Positions 1 to 5,895 of a DNA stretch of 5,895 bases are shown here, piece after piece (the first letter of the stretch is position 1; each line of letters starts with the position of its first letter). This stretch comes from Vitrella brassicaformis CCMP3155 (taxonomy: Eukaryota > Protista > Chromerida). The stretch spans positions 1-5,895 of the forward strand of contig CDMY01001023.1 of NCBI GenBank assembly GCA_001179505.1, read 5' to 3'. Under the pieces are notes generated by a model. That model was not told the origin of the DNA. It saw only the letters and a program-made list of their open reading frames with translations, and did not search any database. The position numbers were made by a program, and so were the translations under genes.

Positions 1-219
1 GTGCTGATGGGACTGTATTTGTATGAGTATCACGGACACACAGACGAGTGTTACGGTTAATGACAGTTTCCCCCACCCACCCACCCACGCATATCCAGCC
101 AGCCAAGCCTTTTCTGTGTACACCCATCACACTCACCACATCACCCTCCTCCCGTCCCCGCGCCGTCCCACCCTCTCTACCTTGCTATCTGCTCTCTCTA
201 TCTCCGTCCCTCCCCCCCT

Positions 220-1481
220 CTAGCGTCCCCTCAGCCGCAGAACCATATGCAGTGTGGAGCCGTGAACTATGCTGTAGTCCGACAAGGTGCGACCATCCTC
301 CAGCTGCCTGCACACACACACACACACACATCAGACACATACACACAAGCCCCCCCCTCCCCCGTCTCTCTCTGTCGACCCACTCACTTGCCGCCGAAGA
401 TCAGCCGTTGCTGATCTACCGGGATGCCCTCGTGACGCTGCACAGCGTCCCTGACGGCCTCTATCATGGCCGCCGGAAGGGCCCAGAGGAAGAAGATTTT
501 GCCTCCCATGTCCTTGACATACAGCTGGATGTACTGATCACGGACCTCGCTGCAAAGCACAGCATAGTCACAACACACAGACCGGATAATGAGAGGCGCC
601 CTCACGTGTGGTTCCATTGCCTCTTATCAGGTATCTACCTGCTGGGTGTGTGTGTGAGTACGGAAGAGCCGTGGTCGTGAACGGCCGACGCCAACGTGCT
701 GCTGTCGCCCCACCACACAGAGGCAAACATGCATCCGGACAATCACCATTTGGTGTGTTCTCACTCACTCACCACTTGTATGGGTATCCATAGAGCTCTG
801 CAAACTTGTCTGAGGCGGCCTGCCGGCGGCGCATCTTCAACGCATCGCTGTCGAACTCGCCCATCGGATCGCTGCACGTATCAGCGTGAGGGAAAGGGCC
901 ACACACACAGAATATCGCAATATGCTCTCTGTGGTCTGTGTGGTGTTGTGTGTCTGTGTGTGCTTACTGTGGGATGACGGGTTCGATGCCGACGATGCGC
1001 GAGAGCGACATGTACAGCACCGGATCGACCAGAACTGAGTGCCACACTTCGTCGATGTGCGCCGGCACCGACAGGCGGCAGCTGCGGTCGTTCTCAACAC
1101 CCTTCTGCACACACACACATCACACCACACACGGCAGCAAACAGACCATTTGTGCGTACACACGTGTGTCTTTGTGATTCATCGTACGACCAGCATCATG
1201 AAGAGCAGGAAGTCCCTCACAGCCCCTGATGGCTCAGCCCCAATGCCCTCCTGCGTGAGGCGGTAGATGACCTCGTGCCACTTGAGCACCATGAGCTCCT
1301 CCCAACGACCGACCAGATGCTGTCAAAGGACACACACGGCACACAAGCCCCAGAAGCAGCCATCTTCCCTCCTCTCATGCGTGCCATTCCCTGTGTGGGA
1401 AGTGATGAGTGCGGTTCTGGCTGGCCTCACCTCTGGAAGGTCATGGTCGAGGGGCGCCACACGCAAAGGACGCCCAGCCAT
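220..1481 (-). CDS. Spliced gene: GRDP/DUF1399-like domain fused to a C-terminal ubiquitin-like domain; exons complement(1431-1481, 1188-1319, 968-1104, 773-871, 639-701 [uncertain], 388-549, 220-307), about 243 aa
   Basis: Manual splicing at GT-AG sites keeps one open frame: [17 protein letters not shown]|[44 protein letters not shown]|[46 protein letters not shown]|[33 protein letters not shown]|[21 protein letters not shown]|[16 protein letters not shown]...RLIFGGK|[28 protein letters not shown]. Donors are GTGAGG, GTACGA, GTAAGC, GTGAGT, GTAGAT and GTGAGT, and all acceptors are CAG. The start codon and the 63-nt exon are less certain than the other junctions. Confidence 0.8.
308..387 (-). 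other. Spliceosomal intron (80 nt) within the ubiquitin-like domain
   Basis: GTGAGT donor, (GT)10 tract, TGCAG acceptor; removing it restores the ubiquitin alignment. Confidence 0.93.
311..330. repeat. (CA)10 microsatellite, intronic
   Basis: Read directly from the sequence. Confidence 0.97.
872..967 (-). other. Spliceosomal intron (96 nt)
   Basis: GTAAGC donor and GTGCAG acceptor; CA|C rebuilds the His codon and keeps the frame open. Confidence 0.88.
1105..1187 (-). other. Spliceosomal intron (83 nt)
   Basis: GTACGA donor just before an in-frame TGA, and a GT-repeat followed by a GCAG acceptor; phase 0. Confidence 0.85.
1320..1430 (-). other. Spliceosomal intron (111 nt)
   Basis: GAG|GTGAGG donor and tcctttgacag acceptor; phase 0. 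Confidence 0.75.
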
Positions 1482-1516
1482 GCCGCTACCAATGAGGAAA
1501 GTCTGGAGGGTTTGCG

Positions 1517-1528
1517 TTAGGGTTAGGG
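1517..1528 (+). repeat. Two TTAGGG telomere-like units (interstitial)
   Basis: ttagggttaggg; on the minus strand it also supplies two CTAAC branch-point-like motifs upstream of the acceptor at 1503. Confidence 0.5.
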
Positions 1529-3372
1529 TAGGTTTGTCAAACCCGCCCTCACCCCGAGACCCTCAAGGCTTGGGTTGATATTTGTGTGTGTTGCAGGCAC
1601 CAGGATGATGTGCTTTTTTATGATCGTGCTCGTGAGAGTCTTGTCCACTGCCTGGGCCTTGCCAGGGCGTCTGCGTCCCACCGTCCCAGCAATGCCTTCC
1701 TAGTCCAGAGACAGATGAGAGACAATGACGTGTCTTCTTCGTTGCCTCACCCGTGGACAACCGTGCGAACATGATGACGTAAAGGACGTTGGTCAGCTGC
1801 AAAGAGACCGTTGCCCTTTCCATCGTCAGCCACGCACGCGTGTCCATACGGGTGAGCCAACGAGAGACTGACCCAACCACACCAACAGATTATCCATGAG
1901 AAGAAAGGAATGAAGAATGTGGAACCGTGTGTGTGTATGCTTCGCTTCGCAATCCTGCTGATGATTCAGCGAAAGCTAATGCGAGCCGCCGCTTTCGCTT
2001 TCGCTGTCTGACCAGCAGCATTGCGAAGCCAAACACACACACACATAAGCACAATACACCACATAGTATCCACAGCCGAGGGAGAGAGAGGAGGTCAGAT
2101 GGCTACAGAGCATACAGATCAGCTGACTGGATGGCTGGATGGCTACACAGGCAGGCGGGCCTCACACACGGCGGGACAAATCGTACCTGTACCCCTCCAA
2201 AACGACCACACACGACACCTCCACACACACAACACTGACAGCACTCACATACACTCATTCGCTGCTTTGCACCGGCCGCCGCAACACTGCATCCATTCAT
2301 CTCTTTCGCCAGTCATCATCCCTCAGCCTGGCCGTCTTGCCGACATCCATCGGCCCCCGCAGTAACCTCACAGCTGCCCACAGACCGCCGCTCCATCCCG
2401 AAGAGCGGCCGGCCACCTGTCGTCTTGTGTGATCGCGCGTCGGTGGGACGGCCAGTGAGCGGATCGGCGCTGATGAAGTAAGGACACAGCGAAGCAGTGC
2501 GTTTGTCTCTGCAGGCGTGTGTGTGCTCCCCTCCCTCCCTCCCTCCCCTCACTGACCTACAAATAGACATCCGGCAGCCACATGGCCCATTAGCGATAGG
2601 GCATGCGTCTGCCCCAATTCCTCCTTGCAGCGCCGACCCACTCACAGCCCTTCAGCCACCGGTATCCAGAGGGGAGTGTGGGAGGTCACCAGACGGGGGC
2701 GTCCGGCCGTCGGCTGGGCACAGCCGAGGGATGAGAGGTGCGTGTTGGCAGGACACCTGTCAGTAGCGAGTGGGAGTGTCTTGAGCCGCCAGCCGCCAGT
2801 GAGTGCTGCTGTCGTCAGTGTGTTGAAGCGTCAGGTGGTCGAGTGGAGGGGCAGTTGACGAGTCGCCCCGCCGCATGCAGGCCTCAGTGAGACACCAAGT
2901 GAGAGAGAGAAGCGGAGGAGTGGCTCGCCGTCACGCCATGAGCACCGCCGAGCGTCCACACAGCTCGTCCGGTGCTCATCTCGGGACGCCTGCAGGAAAC
3001 ACACCAGACACACGTGTGCCCGTGTGCATCCTGCCTTGATATCTGCGCATCTCCCTCTCTGTCGCATGCAATAGGTCGTGTGTGGTGTCTGCTGCCTGTC
3101 AGCTTCTCTGTTGCCGTCCGTACCTGTCAACTGCCGACGTCCGCCGGCGTGGCAGAGGGGAAGAAGGGCCAGGGAAGAGAGCGAGTCAGACGACGTGCGC
3201 GTTGGAGGGGAGGAAGAGCGGGCTCACAAAATTTGTGCTGAGTTTCACGCAGCACCCGAGATCCGACGAAAAAGGACAGGTGCCCGCGTAGGAGAGTCAC
3301 TTTGTGCACAAAAAGCGGCTTCTCTCCCCCTGCGGTGCAATTGCTGCAGTGGTGTGTGTGAGGCGTGAGGAG

Positions 3373-3768
3373 ATGAAGATGGCAGCTGCCGAGAAGAACA
3401 CCAAGAGCGGCACGGAGCCCAGCAATGGCGGCACGGGCGGACACGTGGAGATGGTGGTCTTCTCCATCGCTTTCTACTGCGCGGTGTCCTTGTGTATCGT
3501 CTTTCTCAACTACACCATCTTCACCGACACGCTGCCGTACCCCGTGTTCGTCTCGTGGTTCCAGCAGGCCATGGGGCTCGTTGTGTTCGTCGCCATCGGC
3601 TGGATAGGCCAGTTCGTACCCTCACTGGCCTTCTGGAAGCCTTACAGCTTCAAGTGGCACCTGGCTGTGCGCGTGCTGCCGCTCACCGTGGTGTTTGTGG
3701 CGATGATTGGCTTCTCAAACACGTGCCTCAAACACGTGCAGGTCCGCACACGGGGCGGGATGGCCACA

Positions 3769-3808
<40 letters not shown>

Positions 3809-4894
3809 ATGTATGTTGGTTGGTTTTTGTTCAGGTTTCCACGTATCAGGTGGCCCGCTCTCTGACGATAGTCTTCAATATCGTGCTGTCGTACGTCATC
3901 CTTGGCCAGCGTTCGTCGCTCATGACGATTGTGGCGTGCCTTGTGGTGGTCTCGGGCTTCATCGTCGGCTCACTGGACCCCTCCACCCTCTCTCTCATGG
4001 GCATCCTGACGGGCTCCATGGCTTCCTTCTTCCAGGCCATCTACATGGTGCAGATCAAGAACGTCCTGAGGCACGTGGATGGCGACCAGAACGTGTTGAT
4101 GAGCTACAACCTGACGCTGAGTGCGGTGCTGTTTGTGCCGGTGATATTCATAGCTCAGGAGGAGAAGTTCTATGAGGCGCTGCCTTTCGAACTCACCTGG
4201 GATGCCGCCAATGTCTGGGGGTCCCTCTGTGCGTCAGGTGGGCCAGTCAGCGCACACACAGACAGAGAGGGAGGCCACACTTCACTCTCTCTGTGTGTGA
4301 TGTGGTGTGTTTGTGTGTGTAGGTATACTGTCGGTGCTGATAGCTATCGCGTCCTATCTGTGCGTCAAGCACACGTCCCCCTTGACATTCAACGTGGTGG
4401 GATACGCCAAGGCCTGCCTGCAGTCGATCGGCGGCATCATTTTCTTCGCCGACATGGTCACACCAAAGAGCCTACTCGGCATCTGCCTCACTCTCGGCGG
4501 ATCCATCGTAAGAGCCGCGACACACAACACACCACAACAGCAGACATCCATCTCTCTCTCTCTCTCTCTGTGCGTGCGTGTGTGTGTGTGTGTGTGTGTT
4601 GCCAACAACCAGGGTTACGGCCAGGTGAAGTTCGCCGAGCGTCAGGCAGCGATGCGTGCCAGCAGCAGCACCACGAGCAAAGACAAGGAGGGCGGCATGA
4701 GCACACCCCTCACCGACATATCAACCGAGGCCGGCAGCGACCAGGAGGGCTCACTGAGGAACAAGGGATCTAACACCACCACCAGCACCGGCAGTAGTAA
4801 CGGCGGCAGCGAGCCCAGCACCAGCCCGCTGCTTGCGACCGGCAAGAACAAGCCGAGGAACGGGAGAAATAACAACGGAGACAGCAATGTCTGA
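3373..4894 (+). CDS. SLC35C1: Nucleotide-sugar transporter (DMT/TPT family), probable GDP-fucose transporter; exons 3373-3741, 3835-4237, 4323-4507, 4613-4894 (412 aa)
   Basis: The spliced product has many hydrophobic helices and segments matching SLC35C1-type transporters: [94 protein letters not shown]. Introns 3742-3834, 4238-4322 and 4508-4612 are GT-AG and phase-compatible (1239 nt total). The gene symbol denotes the closest family recognised. The ATG at 3379 is an alternative start. Confidence 0.88.
3742..3834 (+). other. Spliceosomal intron 1 of the transporter (93 nt)
   Basis: CAG|GTCCGC donor and ttttgttcag acceptor; contains (CA)11(GA)11; removal gives [15 protein letters not shown]. 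Confidence 0.93.
3765..3808. repeat. Compound microsatellite (CA)11(GA)11, intronic
   Basis: Read directly from the sequence. Confidence 0.97.
4238..4322 (+). other. Spliceosomal intron 2 of the transporter (85 nt)
   Basis: CAG|GTGGGC donor and gtgtgtag acceptor; removal corrects the frame change between the 3304 and 4307 ORFs. Confidence 0.92.
4508..4612 (+). other. Spliceosomal intron 3 of the transporter (105 nt)
   Basis: ATC|GTAAGA donor and caaccag acceptor; removal gives [11 protein letters not shown]. Confidence 0.9.
4551..4598. repeat. Compound microsatellite (TC)9...(TG)10, intronic
   Basis: Read directly from the sequence. Confidence 0.95.
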
Positions 4895-4971
4895 CACGCA
4901 CTGCCAGGGGGGTTGCGGGGGGAGGAGGGAGACGGGAAAGGGGGAGGGGAGGGGGGCAATTAAGCCATTTA

Positions 4972-5003
4972 TGCACACAGACAGACAGACAGACAGACAG
5001 GCG
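4972..5003. repeat. (ACAG)6 microsatellite within a 32-bp direct repeat, copy 1
   Basis: tgcac(acag)6gcg, identical to 5288-5319. Confidence 0.93.
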
Positions 5004-5101
5004 GAGAGGAGAGCCCGGCCGTTTTTGGGGTGGAGTGAATGAATGTCTTTCCTTTTGTTTTGTGTGTAGACAGAGTTAGCCATCTGTATCTTTGTGTGTA
5101 G

Positions 5102-5145
5102 AGATGGACGGATGGGCGGATGGACGGATGGATGAATGGGTGGAT
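5102..5145. repeat. Degenerate (GGAT)n tetranucleotide repeat
   Basis: agatggacggatgggcggatggacggatggatgaatgggtggat. Confidence 0.8.
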
Positions 5146-5287
5146 AAAGGCCGGTGAATTAGAGAGCGTGTCTGCGTCTGTGTGTGAGATGATTTGATCG
5201 ATGAGCGCTTTTTCTACTGTCGCGTGTGTGCCTGTCTGTGTGATTAGCGAAGGAGAGGGAGGGAGGAGGGAACTGTGTTGACTGACG

Positions 5288-5319
5288 TGCACACAGACAG
5301 ACAGACAGACAGACAGGCG
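5288..5319. repeat. (ACAG)6 microsatellite within a 32-bp direct repeat, copy 2
   Basis: tgcac(acag)6gcg, identical to 4972-5003. Confidence 0.93.
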
Positions 5320-5476
5320 ATGGATGGGTGTATGAATGACTCGGTGCTCTCTCTGCTCAAACTGCGTGGTGTGTGAATAGATGACCCTTCCCTGCTGCTG
5401 TGTTCGTACACTCAATTAAGCGAATCGCACCAAAAGCCAATCAAAAGCGAAACTCTGCACACGCAAGCCGTCAGTA

Positions 5477-5524
5477 AGGTAGGCATCATCTGCAGATGAT
5501 GCCAACTGCAGATGATGCCAACCT
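5477..5524. repeat. 22-bp perfect palindrome overlapping a 16-bp tandem duplication
   Basis: ggcatcatctgcagatgatgcc (5482-5503) is self-complementary; ctgcagatgatgccaa occurs twice (5490-5505 and 5506-5521). Confidence 0.95.
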
Positions 5525-5895
5525 ATCCATGGCAGACAGAATTATCCGGCATAGAGCCGTCAGTCAAAGCGAAGGAAGCCAAATTTGACTGTCAGGGTTT
5601 GACGCGGTTGGGGTCAAAGGGTTTATTACCCTAACCCCGAGCGTAACGCGACGTTGAAATAAACGAGGGAAGAGATAATTGACAGATGGCATCCATGCAC
5701 TCGCTTGTCCAAATCGCCTCCATGAATCTATCCACATATGCCTATGCACAAAGGGCACGCTCACTCATCCGATGAGAACACCCCAGCCCCGTCCATCGCC
5801 CCAACACCACGCCATGACTGCCTCCCGCCCCTCAAACACAGGCTAGCAGCCCGCACCAATGCAACAGACAAACGAGCATGCAGCCACCCATGCAC

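Larger units (their letters stand above)
220..530 (-). other. Ubiquitin-like domain (76 aa, split by intron 308-387)
   Basis: [76 protein letters not shown] aligns without gaps to ubiquitin; I count 46/76 identities by hand against the human sequence. The splice GGC AA|gtgagt...tgcag|G CAG restores K48-Q49. Confidence 0.95.
773..1260 (-). other. GRDP/DUF1399-like domain (three exons)
   Basis: The motif series [13 protein letters not shown] ... [20 protein letters not shown] ... IPHDP ... [15 protein letters not shown] resembles the A-x-x-x-[FY]-x-x-F / P-x-x-[IV]-D-x-x-W-H-x-H-x-L-x-x-x-x-Y / H-x-P / Y-x-x-x-F-G pattern I recall for glycine-rich domain-containing (GRDP) proteins. Recognised from memory, not from a profile search. 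Confidence 0.6.

Noticed and set aside
220-549. Polyubiquitin or ubiquitin-ribosomal fusion gene
   Set aside because: Single copy, only about 60% identical to ubiquitin, C-terminal position, no di-glycine and no ribosomal tail.
48-680. 210-aa plus-strand ORF
   Set aside because: Antisense shadow of the ubiquitin-like gene and its UTR; it runs through microsatellites (THTHTH) and has no recognisable domain.
769-771. In-frame TGA between exon 773-871 and ORF 568-768, suggesting selenocysteine or readthrough
   Set aside because: The TGA is part of a perfect GTGAGT donor, the following sequence is intron-like, that frame stops before the Ubl, and I see no SECIS evidence.
1158-1169. ACACACGTGTGT / CACACGTGTG palindromes (also 3009-3018) as G-box or ApiAP2 sites
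   Set aside because: Expected by chance wherever AC and GT repeats abut; no independent support.
1517-1528. Telomere or chromosome end
   Set aside because: Only two units, embedded in genic sequence.
1586-1774. Plus-strand exon/ORF after tgtgtgttgcag
   Set aside because: It is the in-register antisense of the more codon-biased minus frame, has no recognisable homology, and has no convincing partner exons.
3304-4773. 489-aa contiguous ORF as a single protein
   Set aside because: It reads through intron 1 and leaves the true frame at intron 2; the spliced 412-aa model fits the transporter family throughout.
4810-4836. Dileucine sorting motif EPSTSPLL in the transporter tail
   Set aside because: The spacing does not fit [DE]xxxL[LI].
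4969-5415. 148-aa minus-strand ORF
   Set aside because: Composed largely of translated microsatellites (LSVCLSVC, IHPFIHPS); no domain or codon signal.
5477-5524. CRISPR-like repeat or tRNA/rRNA fragment
   Set aside because: Only two adjacent 16-bp copies with no spacers, no cas genes, a eukaryotic context, and no cloverleaf or rRNA motif.

Overview
Eukaryotic, intron-rich genomic DNA with short (about 70-110 nt) GT-AG introns full of AC/AG/CT/GT microsatellites. The style suggests a chromerid alveolate such as Vitrella, which is inference only. Two divergent spliced genes can be rebuilt by hand. (1) On the minus strand (220-1481, 6-7 exons, about 222-243 aa) is a protein with an N-terminal GRDP/DUF1399-like domain (P-x-x-I-D-E-V-W-H motif) fused to a C-terminal ubiquitin-like domain. 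That domain is about 60% identical to ubiquitin but ends LRLRGR-stop instead of LRLRGG. (2) On the plus strand (3373-4894, 4 exons, 412 aa) is a nucleotide-sugar transporter most like the GDP-fucose transporter SLC35C1. Other points of interest: a 5'-AC/3'-GT complementary polarity in the introns, G-quadruplex-type tracts just after both stop codons, and a palindrome/tandem-duplication cassette at 5466-5564. No CRISPR array, RNA gene or transposase is evident.
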